DNA of 61,125 nucleotides, counting the filler, from Gonapodya sp. JEL0774 (lineage: Eukaryota), in NCBI GenBank assembly GCA_027604505.1. It is 14 parts of 14 records of this genome, joined end to end, with 100 filler letters (N's around TTAATTAATTAA, not from the genome) between each part and the next. Parts side by side here need not be neighbours in the genome. Positions count along the whole stretch, not along the records: positions 21,934 to 26,214 come from JADIIX010001001.1; positions 26,315 to 30,594 come from JADIIX010001002.1; positions 30,695 to 34,974 come from JADIIX010001003.1; positions 35,075 to 39,342 come from JADIIX010001004.1; 10 more parts are not named here. The stretch is one strand, 5' to 3'. Of the stretch, positions 23,690 through 36,431 are shown piece by piece. The notes below the pieces were generated by a model, which was not told the DNA's origin, did no database searches, and saw only the letters and a list, made by a program, of their open reading frames with translations. The first letter of the stretch is position 1; each line of letters starts with the position of its first letter. The position numbers and the translations under genes were made by a program.

Positions 23690-24260
23690 GGAACTTTGAA
23701 TGGATAAGGATACTTTCAGGGAACTTGCTACTTGTCCCTGACATCCCAATGCCCTCACTTCTGGCCTAACTGACACCATCGGGATGTCAGTGGAGCAAAA
23801 AGTCTTTATGATCCTCTACTGGCAAAACACGTTGGTCAGAGATATTTGCGAGAGATTCCAGCTCTCAGAGGAAACTGTCCAGCACAACATGCACCTTATT
23901 CTGAAGGACATAGTTGGAATTGGGCAGGATTGCATGCTGCAGCCTGGCGCAGATGCCCCAACTGCATCTTGCATTCTGAGCAGCTGTCAGTTCACCTTGT
24001 TGTTTGACAACTGCATTGGTGCCATTGACAGTACACACATTCCAGTGGCTTTGTGGGGTCCCTACTGTGACCGCTCTGGAAATCTCGATGAAAACATACT
24101 GGGTGCACTGAACTTGGATATGTCACTCACATACATTTTGCCTGGCTGGGAAGGTTCTGCAAACAATGGTACTGTTCTGAAGAATGCTCTCAGACGTAAA
24201 TTTTGGGTCCCAATGAGAAAGTTTTATCTTGCGAATTCTGGATATGCACTTTTTAGCTGT
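23690..24260 (+). pseudogene. PIF/Harbinger DDE transposase remnant
   Basis: MDKDTFREL..GLTDT..SVEQKV, FDNCIGAIDSTHIPV, TYILPGWEGSANNG and FYLANSGY. Conserved G/D residues mutated, upstream in-frame stops, and C-terminus missing. Confidence 0.88.
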
Positions 24261-25399
24261 AGCTCATCACCTCCCTCTAATACACAATCAAAAAGTGGGA
24301 GTAGGAATCTCTGTCAAAAAAAAATCCACAGTTCAGAAATGAATGAGGCCACAGGACTTCACCAAAGACCATGGAGACACATACCAGCCAAGTGGAGGTC
24401 AGAAATTCTTTTCTCAGGTGAGCCACAATGGGATTCAATTGCTCTTCTTGGGTAATCGGAGATTTATCGAAAGTGTGTTGCTACAAGGTGTGTCTCTGTA
24501 GAGATTTTCCTGTGGAGGCTGCGCCATTTTAATTATGTTACTTACAAGAAAGTGCTACACTGAAATCCTTTGGTGCACAACCTCCCTAATATCAGGACAT
24601 CCTTCAAGATAGTAGTTGGCAGGCAAAAACCAGGTAGCAGCAAACAGACTGAAATTGTTCTAGATGTCTTCTGCCTCTTGTTTGTATTCATTCTAGATAC
24701 AGTATTACAGACAATATAAGCAAGTTGTTAGTCCATATAACCACAACCTGATGCCCTGGCAACATAGTCTGCACCAATACCCATGTGTCTGTGGTGACTG
24801 GAGGTGGGTATGCGGGCGGGGGGGCCGCCGCCCCGGGCCCCCCGCCCCGCCCCCCCGCCGGCCGGACTCCGCGCCGACCCCGCCCCGCGCAGGCNNNNNN
24901 NNNNTGCCCTGGCACCAATTTCGGCCCCAATACCCCGGGGTGTGTGGTGACTGGTGGTGGGTTTTTGGCCCCCCCCCCCCCCCCCCCTCACACCCCACAC
25001 CATCTGGTGGCAGGACTATGCTCCCAGAAGGTTCAAAGTTTGGGGAAGGTAGGAAGTGCTGCTAGAGCCCCATGCAGAGAGGGCACCAAGAGTTGCTGGA
25101 CATAACAATGCCCAAGAATAGGTTTTGTAAGTTGACAGAAGGACAAAGCCATTGTCTCTGTTGCAAAAAGGTCTGTTACAACCATTGAGGCATTGTCACT
25201 ATAGTGGTCTGCAATAGCCAAATCAAAAGCATATTTGAGTGGAGTAATGATACAATGCTGCTTCAACTGTTGTCTGTCACCCACATGAGAGACAATTGCC
25301 TCCCCATTCTTGGGAAAATTGGTGAGTGGGTCTGTAATGCTGTTCTCCCTGCGTACAGCACTTTAAACTTTGCATTCAGTTGCCTCCTGGGTTGGAGGT

Positions 25400-26140
25400 C
25401 CCACTGCCTACTGAGTCAGCTGGAGATGCAGAGTGGGATAAAGCTGCAGATTGAGGAATGGTAAGCTGGGATTTTGTGATGTTGACCAGTGATAGAGTGA
25501 TTTCAAAGACTCCATCACTGTCACTAGATTCCACCCCATTATTCTGAGCACTTTGGCAACTTTGCCCATTTGTATCCTAAACTGATCCTCCAAAGTTCTA
25601 GACCGCTTGCCAGTTGCCATGGACCCATCAAAGACAACAGGGTCTTGTGTGTCTCATTGATACCCATGCATACAGAGCTTCCTGCATGCAGGTACTCAGG
25701 GTCCTTCTTTGGATCCTTGAAAGTTTTATTTTCAAGGACATTCTGTCTAGAGTTGTCAAATAGTCATGCTGTTTGAATTAATTGAGTGCACTGAACTCCC
25801 ACCTGTAGCACCTCCTCCCAATTCTCATCCAATGCAGTTATCTTCTTCTCAATCTTGTTCCAGCTCCACCCACTATTCCCCTTGTACCTTGCAAAGGTGC
25901 TGTACTCTGCCTACAAGGTGGAGTATATCGGCTTGATTTGGTCCTCGTAGCATGGGGTTGTAATCAGCTTGTCCTAGAGCGCAATTTTGTTAAATGTAGT
26001 CGTGATGCAAGCCCATGCGGGCCCCTTGAAGCCCAAGTCCAGTAGAATGCCCTGCAATTAGATTGTGACTGCCTCCATTGCATTGATACCAAGTCTAACA
26101 GAGCTCTGGCATCCAGTCTGCACAAGGCTTCTTGATATTC
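25400..26140 (-). pseudogene. Myb/SANT-like DNA-binding ORF of the PIF/Harbinger element (stop-riddled)
   Basis: Minus-strand translation GFKGPAWACITTTFNK..*..DQIKPIYSTL*AEYSTFARYKGNSGWSWNKIEKKITALDENWEEVL..FDGSMATG matches the Myb_DNA-bind_3 pattern. Convergent to the transposase. Confidence 0.8.
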
Positions 26141-26314
26141 TTGGAAGAATCACCATCTCAGTTTTGCCCTTCCCTTTTGTGGGGTGTTGGTGGTATATCA
26201 ATTTGTGCAGATGANNNNNNNNNNNNNNNNNNNNNNNNNNNNNNNNNNNNNNNNNNNNTTAATTAATTAANNNNNNNNNNNNNNNNNNNNNNNNNNNNNN
26301 NNNNNNNNNNNNNN

Positions 26315-28170
26315 AGGGTGGAGGTGGACACGAGAGAGGGTCGAGTGGAGGCGAGGGCAAAGTCGGGCACGAGCGACGCGCCACGGCACAGCGAGGAGGG
26401 GTCCACGAGGTGGGAGACCAGGTGGTATGGTATGGCAGGTGCGGTGGTGATGGCCGCGGCCGAGGTGTTGTCAGGGACGGCGAGCACGGTCCCGTATCCA
26501 CCCCCCCATCCCGATCCCGATCCCGTTGCTGTTCCCTCGACCAAATCGTCGACGCGCTCGAACGCAGGCACAGAAAAGATTTTGGTCGCGGTCACGTCGC
26601 TGGCGGCTTCTGCCACGCCGGGTTTGGCCAAGCTTACGAGCAAGATGAGGCAGGTGGACGCCGGGAGGGAGGACGAGGGGAGCGGGAGGACGCGGGGTGG
26701 GGAGGGGGGAGTAGCGAGGGGGGAAGGGAGGACGGGGGGCAGGTAGAACTGGGCGTGGGCGAGAGTGAGGAGCGGGGGGAGGGCAGGACCGCCACTGCCT
26801 GCGGTGTCGGGTCCAGCACCCGCACCACCAGCACCTCCACTGCCGAGTCCACCACCCACAGCGGCACCGCCCGCCACCCCATCTCCATCCACCGGCGGTC
26901 TCACGAAATGCGCACCTGGCGTCACGACCCCACTGACCGCGACCACAGGGTCCTTTGCCGGGTCCGACACGTTGGACGCCGAGGGTATACCCGTGAACAA
27001 CAGGTCGCCCGATGGGGGTAACAAGGGCGGTAAAGGGAGTGTGCAGGTCATGGGGAGGCGGGAGGCCGGGTGGCGGGCGATGGAGAAGTGGACGGGGGGT
27101 GTGAGGTGGGAGGAGAAGGCGGGAGGAGGAGTAGGGGTGGTATTGCGAGCGGCAGCGGCAGCGCCGGCGCCGGTGGTGGAGCGGAGGGAGCGGGAGCGGG
27201 ACGTGGGGGATCTTCTGGGTGTCGGTCTGGCTCTGGCACGTCCACGTCCCGCATCAAGTCCGGCACGTGCCAGCACTCTCCTGCGATGTTCCCTGATCTT
27301 TGGAGCGGTTTCGGACACCGACTCCGTCTGAGTGCGTTTGTTGGAGGGAAAGGGGAAGGGAAAGGGTCCAGCGGCTTCACTGCCTTCCTCCCAGTCGCCG
27401 ATGCCGTCGTCGCCAGTGAAGCCGTCGCCAAAGTCCGGGTCGTAGTCAGGGCCTAGGAATTGCGCAGTGGGTGGTGGAGAGGAGGGGAGAGGAGGAAGTA
27501 GTGGGGCGACAGATGGTAAGGCAGGAGAGGGGAGTGTGGTGGAGTGTGGAGAACCGAGTTGTGCGATGTCCCCACCGATGCTTGGGAGAGGTGGAGGAGT
27601 GGTGGACGTGGTGGGTTTTTCCGGAGTGTGCTGGGTTTGTCCGGGCGTCCCTTCTCTGTCTCTCCACACGTCGAAGAGCGCGACCGCAGTCCAGTCGCCC
27701 TGACATGGGAAGTTGAACTTGAACAGGAACACGGACTGCGTGGGTGACGTCACCGAGTCCGAGTGCAGGTCCAATGTGGCCACAGCCTGTCCCTGGGGCG
27801 AAATCAGCCACACTCGCAGCAGAACAGAGTCTGTTGAGTCTGCTGTGTCGGTTGTGTCCGCCCTGTCCCCATCCCTCTGTCCACTCAACCACCCACCCAG
27901 CGGCTTCAGCGACCCAACACTCAAGTTCCGACTCCCATCCCACGGATCACTCAACGTCACTGCAAACGTCACTCCAACTCCCGCCGTCGGCCGCCACTGC
28001 TTGTCCCCTACAGTGCTCGCTGGAAACCATATCGACAGCGGACTCGAAGTGAAGGCGGCCTCTGCAACGAACCGACAGAGTCCAAGGGACAGGAAAAGCG
28101 ATCCGAAAAGGAAAAGCGTCCATGGTCGGCGCGTTATGCGCCCCCTTAGTGTGTTCCGTTCTTCCATCAT
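26315..28170 (-). CDS. Hypothetical low-complexity Pro/Gly/Ser-rich protein with N-terminal hydrophobic (signal/TM) segment, 3'-truncated
   Basis: Over 600 open codons; hydrophobic stretch LFLFGSLFLSLGLCRFVAEA near the start. Confidence 0.55.
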
Positions 28171-29536
28171 CGGTGATGGGGAAATTGGAAGTACGGGCCT
28201 GACTCAGATCACCACGCCACAGTGCCATTTCGGCAAATCAACTTGACCCGACGCTGCCACCCATCTAAAACGAACGAGTGACTCTATGTAGAACCTGAAC
28301 TCTGCTCTGAATTGCCCACGTGAAAGCATTTGCCGTCCTACAGCGGTTCATCCAGAGTTTGAAGGAGGTCATTCATCGATTGGCTGCCACTGGTAATATT
28401 TACTCACACCACGCATCGGTTGGCGTAGGAGATAAAGGACATGAAAGCGGCGTTGCGTAATGCGGTTGGTGCTAAGCAGCTGGGGTGTATGCAGCACCGC
28501 TTGTAACAATTAACACAAAACTGCCAAATTCCCGTTCAAAGTTCTGGTACAACCACCTTCTATATATAGAGGTCATGATCATGTACGTGAAAATCATGAT
28601 ACACCAGTGCACTACCTCGAGTTTGCCACATATCCCCATCCAGGATTCTGATTCGGCTTCTCCGAATTACTCGGCACCACTCCACCCTCCCACAACCATA
28701 TCAACAGCTGCTCTCCTTCCCTCCTCGCCCAAAAAGAACCCCTTCTGTCCGGCACATGCACCTTGGAAGTTTCCCTCGATCTGGGAGAGGAGGGCGTGAA
28801 AAGCGACGGATTCGCGGATCGAATGAGACGTACAGCTTGATGGTGCGGAGCTTGTGGACACGAACGCAGCTGGCGGGATGTTAGATGGAAACGGAGGGTC
28901 GGACGCAGACCACACTCCCGACCATTGCGTACCTGATCTACAAAAGCCGATCCGAAATGGAACAAGTGGGCGTGAGGCAAGATTGTGAATGAGAGTCAAA
29001 ACCCCGTGGCAAGTCTACACAACGTGCCTGGTACGAGTACTGTGAACCATGTGAACCGGATGTGGGAGGGCACCACCACCTAACGGGCGTTGAATCTACA
29101 AGTCATTGACGACGGGATATTTGATAAGCTGTCGTCTTCAAAGAGTCTGGGGAAACCTCCAGCGCAACTGAAGAAGCACGGGTCACCACACCTTCACAAC
29201 AAACCGCTTTGTCACCGTACCGGGTTCTAATGCTTCCGAGTGTGATACCTCCATCTCACAAGAAGCACAGGCTGAATATCAGTTCGCTGAGATATGACGT
29301 CCCCGTCCCTTTTCCAGATCCTGTTCGGCGGCACGATCCCTCTTCCGAACACCAAATATTTCGAGGAGGATCCCTTCTTTCTCATCGTACTCAAAAATGA
29401 CACGATGAGCTTTCCCATGCGCGAGGAGCTGGACGGACTGATGTGGTGCCAGATTTGATACCGGAGTTCGTACCCGGCACACGTCCCCGCTGCCGTCGTC
29501 GTTATCGACGCCGCCAGGGAAAGTTGAGCATCGCGG

Positions 29537-30594
29537 TCATGAGTTCCACTTTGAGTGAAGCACGCCACACTTGCAGAGTGTTATATGCTGTCGGTGCCCG
29601 GATGGAGAGGCCAGGTCTGGTAACAGCGTGAGGTTGGTGAGGTCCACTTTCCGCCATCCGGGGTTCTGCTCCCCATCGACACTCAGAGAATCGAGAGAAT
29701 CGCCACAGAATGGATTCTGAGTCCGCATCGCGGCGCTTCGATATGGGTATGCGCAAGATGTGCGAGTCGAGGTCGCTGTGACACGACCAGAGCCCGATCG
29801 AGGAGCGCGTGGAGGTTGGATTCCTCTTCTGGGATCGGAATCTGCATTTTTCGTAGAGCATCGGTGAGGAACTTCCATAACCACCCTCCCTCCCACAGCG
29901 TCGGTTGCCCTCTGAAACTTGTCCTCGTGGGAAATCCGACAGTCTGGCAACACGTCACCATAGGTATTTGGTGTGTTGTGCTTGGAATACCATACGTCGA
30001 TTTTACCCGTGACCAGCCGGAAGAACTGACGGTAAACTGGTTTGGCCTTGCGATTCCCACGCACCCGCACAGGGAGCGACTCGTGAGGTGTTTTGTCCGT
30101 AATCCAGTAAATCTCGTTCTCACGCATAACGACTGGATTGCTGTCGAGGAGGTGTCTGTAACCTTCGATACTCCCCAGGGAATCCGCCATCGCTGGGCAG
30201 AGGACTAAGTTTGTGTACACACACGATGTGCCACCCACATTCGATCCGAAGAAGATTCCCTCCACCTTCTCCCGCGAGGGAAGGTCTTCAATGCCACCAC
30301 CCCAGTCTATCGGGACAGGCCGGAACCTCGTGGGTGCCTTTTTCAGTACGTTCACAGGTGACTCTTTCCACAGAGTCGGGCTCTCGATGTGAAGTCCTGG
30401 TCTCCGATGGTGTTCCCCGACAGGAACAGGCCGCTCGTCGATGGTGAGGTAGCCGATTCCCTCCAGGAATCCAGCGCAGTGCTTGATGATGGTCAGGTAC
30501 CCGTGGTAATCGGGATCAAGCGTATCCTCCGCCTCATCCATACGAAAGGGCATCATGTTAATACGAATCCCAGTGGGTGGAGGAAAAAATGCGT
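29537..30594 (-). CDS. Uncharacterised 2OG-Fe(II) dioxygenase-like protein, 5'-truncated
   Basis: Motifs FPPPTGIRINMMPF, GYLTIDE, RRPGLHIES (HxE), WITDKTPHESLP (distal His) and RQFFRLV (2OG-binding Arg position). Frame open to the contig end; C-terminal third may be degenerate. Confidence 0.6.
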
Positions 30595-32541
30595 NNNNNN
30601 NNNNNNNNNNNNNNNNNNNNNNNNNNNNNNNNNNNNNNTTAATTAATTAANNNNNNNNNNNNNNNNNNNNNNNNNNNNNNNNNNNNNNNNNNNNAAAGAG
30701 AACTCGGTCATTTTGGCGGGTCTGGGGCGCGTTTTGAAAAGCTTGCGTGGTATGTGATCAACCCTCCGAAACGATTGAACAGAAAGCCCCACACGAAATA
30801 CAGCTCCCACCTGGAATCCTCAAACCACAACCAGGATTCATAGCGAAGTTTCTGGCAAGGTCATCCACGCTAGATGAAATTGTCGATGCCGGATTTAATC
30901 GCAATTGTCATCGAATGGACAAACACGGAACAGTTTGCTAGGACCTACTGAATGGTGTCCTTCTTTCCCCAGCCAACTTTCTTCCAAATTAGTTCGAGAG
31001 GCTTAACCTGCCATGTCCCACTCTTTGGCTTGCCATCTCGCCCTTTCCGTGTGCTCGTGATGGAGAACATGGCAGAACGGTCGAGAACAAACAGTATGTG
31101 GTAGGAAGGGTGCGATAGGAGACCGAGCTCTGACGAGGGGCCGATTTGAGGAACTGTAAAGGATCTAGGTTCGCGATATTAAGTTATCTACCGGTGATTT
31201 TGGCTTCGAGATATCGCCAAGCTGTTTGACTCCTGGAAACGTTTTGTCAAGAACAGTCAGTGTTGATCCGAGCCCGACATTAAAAGATGTCTCACCAGAT
31301 CACAATCTCGTAGTAAGGGAACACTGCGGTTAGAAACTCGTGCATGCCTGGTCGGGCGAGCTCCGATATATTGGAAGCGGGGGATTTGCAATCCTGAAGG
31401 AGCTAAATCAATGGAAGAAGGTAGGACATACAAAGGAGGAATGGCCTTACAAAGATAGTATAGTCAAGATCGAGAACGAGAAGCTTCTGGATGGTTTACA
31501 TTCGAATTCAGTGGATGCTCGTCAGAGCACGCAAATTTTCCTCCATCGAGAGTGCTCATCAAGTGACCGAACCTTCCCCTGGCGCAGCTCATTGATCAGA
31601 ACAATTGACGTCCGGTCGACTACAGCTCACCGTTAAGCTTCTTTGGCAGAGTACGATATAGAGTCGCGATGTTACTCACTAGCATCCCGAAGTTTCTTCC
31701 TGTTATCGGGATCCACGGCTGGATCCACAGTGGTTCCAAAGTCCTCTGAGTCAAAATCGTCGACAACCTCTGGAGCACGAAAGCGGAGAGTTTCATTCTA
31801 CTGTAGCCACGTGAACGCGCAGGACTCGGATCTTCGACACACACCGGGAATCTCTTCGGGCTCCTTCGGAATCCCCGCCTCCACAGTACCCATAAGAACA
31901 AACTTATGATCTTCTTTGATATTGCAATCTTCGCATACGTAGGTGGTTATCCAATGTTTTACTTCAGCGGCACCTGCAGTGCTTGTGAATCTCCTCACCA
32001 GAGAGCCGATTTTCGTCCGATGGGATCTTCCCCTTCACAAGGCCGAGGAGTTTTTGTCTTTTTGGGTCTACGTGGGTCACATCGTGGAGCTTTCGTTTCA
32101 AATCGGTCAGGGTGATGGTGGGTGGTGCCTGTAGTTTGATCACAGATCACCAGTCAGAAGTAGCATTAGAGCTGAAGGAGCAAAGAGCGAGTACCATCAA
32201 TTCCTCACATATATGACAAACTTCTTGCCTCCCCAGGAAGCTGTCAATTTGATGTCGGGGGCAGCTAGTGTCGCCTCTCCTGCGCCAGTTTCGGATCCGT
32301 CTGGAGTAGGACTTTCTGCGATGCCTGAGAGAAGACGCGAGTCCAATGCCGAAGCTAACGTTTCCGGCATGGTCAAGAGGGGATACAGAGGAGCAGATTG
32401 TCAAGCGTCAGTGATCTTGGTAAATTTCAATGGCCCAAATCAACGCACAGAATAATTTATTTGTTATCTTCGCGACATATCACAATGATAACATCACAGA
32501 ATACGTATGAAATTGGACATTCTAGCTTGACCTTGCGCTGG

Positions 32542-34128
32542 TTAAAAGCAGAGGTTTGACATTAAAGTGAGCGTTTGCGGAACAGTATGATACAGATATC
32601 TCCACCATTCCGACTTACCCCAGTCGCCCATCCTCATGTTTTGGTCAATCCACTTGCCAACCTCTAATTTAACCCTTCTTCTTACAAAGCCTTCGACTCG
32701 TTCTTCTGACGCATCTCTCACGATGTACGCGACGTGGAGATCGCAGCCTGGTCTCCAGAATTGTGGGGGTGGCTCGATCAGCGCCCACTCTGTAACGATG
32801 GGTTCTGGCCTTTTGAATCGATAATGGAGGGTCGAAAGTGGAGTGAGAATCTGGTTTCGGAAGTTGTCGGGTGTGAGGGATGGGAGCTTGAACATGAGGT
32901 GTTCCACTGACGAGTAAAGGGCGGCAGATGCAAAGAATATGGTCTAAGCAGATAAAACGAAACACTTCCCTAAATGATACGACATTTCACGCGAGTACCC
33001 AGCACAGCAACTTACAAACGAGAACAAGGGCAGATTCATCTCCAGATCTTTCAGACTCCGGTTTCGTACGTCAAACTTGATCAAAAGGGAGTGTGGATCG
33101 TTTCTCGAAAGCTTGTATCCCCATGATCTTTGAACTTCCCATCCTGGTCCTCCCACCGTACCCATGATTTCTTCCACCGGAGTTGTCTTGCTGTTCTTCC
33201 AATTGAGAGGGAAGCGGTACGAAAATCCACCATCGCCAGTACCAACGATCAGAACATCCCCAGAATCCCCGGATGTTCCAGCAGGCTCTTGATCGGAAGG
33301 CTTTCTATTTGACACGGGAAGCGCTGTGGAGTCGATCTCCGAGATAGAAGAGATAGAGCTAGGTGCTCTAGTGCCAGCAACAAACGAGAGAGGTTTTGAA
33401 ATCGATAGAGAAGATGTGGTAGAGTTGGACTGTCGGGAAGTGGACCGAGTATTTGCCTCTAGTAGACTGTTCGAACTAGCTGTACTTCCACCAATCGTCG
33501 ACACTTGTTGTGCAGTCAGCCCCATCTGCCCTAAACTTGAGGCGAAAATGGTTGACAGTGCGGAAGTGGAGGGCTTCTTCGGTGGTGGCGCCTGGGACCC
33601 GAAGAGCTCGTCAGAATGATCCTCTGTCCCATCAGTCCTTGTAGTTAATATGTCAGCGGCAGCGCTTGCCTTGCGAACATGAGTAGCAGTTTGAACCTTC
33701 ATGGCGTGATCTGCAGCTTCTTCGTCCAGGAAGGAACCAGGCAAGGTGAACGTAGTGCCTGAAAGACGGAATGCCGAGCCATCCAAGGTGTCCAGCTCCA
33801 CCTCCGTAGAAGTAGTCTTGAATTGAATTTGAGAACACTGACAGGTGGCGGGACACGCCGTTTCAAGGCTCACCTGGTGCCCCCTAACGGTTCGATCCGT
33901 TTGCTTGCCACCTTCCTCCTCTTGTGTTTCCTCGAGTTCCTCGGATTCCTCGCCAAAACAGTAATCCCACGGAAAGATGCCCTTTTCTCCTGTCCTGTGG
34001 TTTGTTGCGACCCCCCAACCATCCTGGTATCGTCGATCGAGTATCAAAAGGTCGCCAATCTCAACGCTGATTTCGTCTACAGGTGCGCCAGGAGGAGGTG
34101 TATACGAAGCTGTCGCGATGCGCTCCAT
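32542..34128 (-). CDS. N-terminal SH3-domain protein (spliced; further exons probably extend to ~31800)
   Basis: ATASYTP..DEISVEIGDLLILDRRYQDGWGVATNHRTGEKGIFPWDYC is a typical SH3 domain. Confidence 0.75.
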
Positions 34129-35251
34129 TGGGATGGTCTAGATTGGGAAGCGCTTTGTCAGCGAAAATCTAACATGAGAGGACCAAAGGTTGTGTACCAT
34201 ATTCATGGTGAGAGAACGCGGTCAGGGAAACAAGAAATGATGGACTTCCTCGAGGGCACTTTCTCAGATGGTGATGGCCGTCAGTTTGAATTCATGGGGT
34301 GGGGGACAAAAGCAGGGTGTTGCTCGATAATTCGCGTTTTACGTAGGCGCGGCATCCTCGATAAAGGTACCAAAAGCCCAGTGTCAAAACGATTTACAAT
34401 AGATTCAGATTAAATGTAAAGCTTAAGTAAATGAGTACATATACAGATATTGTTCTGAGTCACGCTATTCCGCCAAGGCTTATTGTACATATTCAATGTT
34501 GAAAGACTTTACTTGTACCTGCAAGGAAGGCAAAAGAGACTCACTGTAGACTGCCAGGAAATGAATGCGGTCAGAAACAGTAGAAAGCTCACGGTTTAGG
34601 CTGGCTGGCTGGGTGCCAACGCTTTGCTGTTCGTGATTCGAGAGACCAGCCGCTTCCAAAGGCTCGGTGCATCTCGACGAGAGCTGCGACATCAAAATCA
34701 ACGTGAGCATAGGTTGCACAGTTCTGGGACAATAATAACTCACGCTCCGATCCATGGAGATGTGCCGGTGGCTTTCCGGAGTCGCAAATTCCCCCATGTC
34801 GCATCCGCAAGAGCTCCCGCCAGCGATGCTCGACGAGGTTTTACTGGCGTTGAGGACCATTCCAATTCCGATTTGACAGAAGAATCATCTTTGGAGGCTC
34901 CAAACTCCGGGGTGTTTCTTGCGGGCTCATGGCCCATGAGAACGCGCAAGAACACGCTGCGCCTCTTTTTGTTCNNNNNNNNNNNNNNNNNNNNNNNNNN
35001 NNNNNNNNNNNNNNNNNNTTAATTAATTAANNNNNNNNNNNNNNNNNNNNNNNNNNNNNNNNNNNNNNNNNNNNATCCAGAGGAGACTCACTGAAGAGCT
35101 TGGAGTAACGACCATCAGAGATCGATGGAGAGAACCACGCGTGAAGACCACGGAAAATTGGGGGGTTGGACATCTTTGGAGTTGAAATTGGCTAATCGTT
35201 CTCATAACCAAACAACAATAAAACATATTCTTTTTTCCACGGACACTCGTA

Positions 35252-36281
35252 ATGGCGATCCACGAAGTTTCACCGGCGATGCTTTTCCGTGCCTACGAAT
35301 CGTCGGACGTTGGATCTGATTCAGACGAGGAGCCAGCATACGAGCGTTTGGAAGGACAGTCACGAGTTGTCCATTTTCCATTGCAAAAGGAAGGCAATGA
35401 CCACCGGGAGATCATAATAAAAGAAGGCAAGCATACGTTCGTTTTATCCTCGATACGAGCACCCCAACTCATGGCTAAATGCTGAAGATATCCTACCTGG
35501 TTGTGGAGGTCGAACCTGGGAAGCAGCGTTTATCCTCACCTCATACCTCGTTCGCAATCCTCACCTTGTTCGAGGGAAGCGAGTCTTGGAATTGGGATGC
35601 GGTACCGGTGTTGTGGGACTTGTCGCAGCTGGACTTGCTGCTCGTGATGTTGTATTGACGGATCTTGAATGCATGCTGGATGTCGCCCGAGCGAGCGTCG
35701 AGCTCAATCGAGCAACTGTGGAGACTATATCTGTACCCAATGCGCTCCTCGAGGAAGGACCTTGCCCTCGCGTAACGGTCCGAGAGTTGGCTTGGGGGTG
35801 TGAACTGGACAGTGATTGGTGGAACTATGAAGTTGCTGGAGCTGTCATTCCCAGTACTAAATCAAACCTTGGAACGCCGTCAACACGTTCCCCTGAACCG
35901 TTCGATGTGGTTCTCGCCGCGGACTGTGTATATCTGGAATCATGTTTTGAGCCTCTCAGGCGGACACTTTTAGACCTCACGGGACACCCCCACGCTATAA
36001 TAAATGAAACTGGGAAAATTTGGGAGCCGCCTCGTGTTTTGATTGGATACAAAAAGCGTTGGAAACGAGAAAAAAGGTTTTGGACATCTTTGCGAAAGGA
36101 CTTCCATGTAGAGGTGAGAATCTTTCCAGAACTGGTGTCAAAGCAATCCTTGAGTATGTGCATACTATAATTATTTCTTCATTAATTTTGGTCGCAATAG
36201 ATCGTCGACGACGACGCCCGCCCAACTTACGAAAGGGAGGGCCTCGTAATATATTCACTCACTCGAAAACTTCGCAAATAG
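35252..36281 (+). CDS. Seven-beta-strand protein-lysine methyltransferase (Methyltransf_16; Efm6/METTL21-like)
   Basis: Motifs EDILPGCGGRTWEAA, VLELGCGTGVVGL, VVLTDL, ELAWG, DVVLAADCVY and YKKRWKREKRF. Introns at 35427-35487 (GC-AG) and ~36114-36200. Confidence 0.88.
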
Positions 36282-36431
36282 AAAGTTTATTGAGGGACAG
36301 CTGAATTTGTTTCGTTTTCCTTTCTTGTAGGGAGAGCAACTGACTGTTCGAAAAGAGAAAGCCCAAACCAGCTCCGATCCAGGAACCCGCCGAAATCTAG
36401 ACCCGACGCTGCGATGACGCGCATCACCAAC

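Larger units (their letters stand above)
23600..26214. mobile_element. Decayed PIF/Harbinger DNA transposon
   Basis: Transposase and Myb/SANT pair in tail-to-tail orientation. Ends and TIRs not identified. Confidence 0.75.

Noticed and set aside
24750..25010. GC-rich duplicated segment flanking a 10-N gap
   Set aside because: Two error-laden versions of the same sequence with poly-C/G runs on either side of a scaffold gap. This is a low-quality read-end artefact.
26318..28246. Numerous 100-200 aa plus-strand ORFs
   Set aside because: Antisense shadows of a GC-rich, low-complexity minus-strand ORF.
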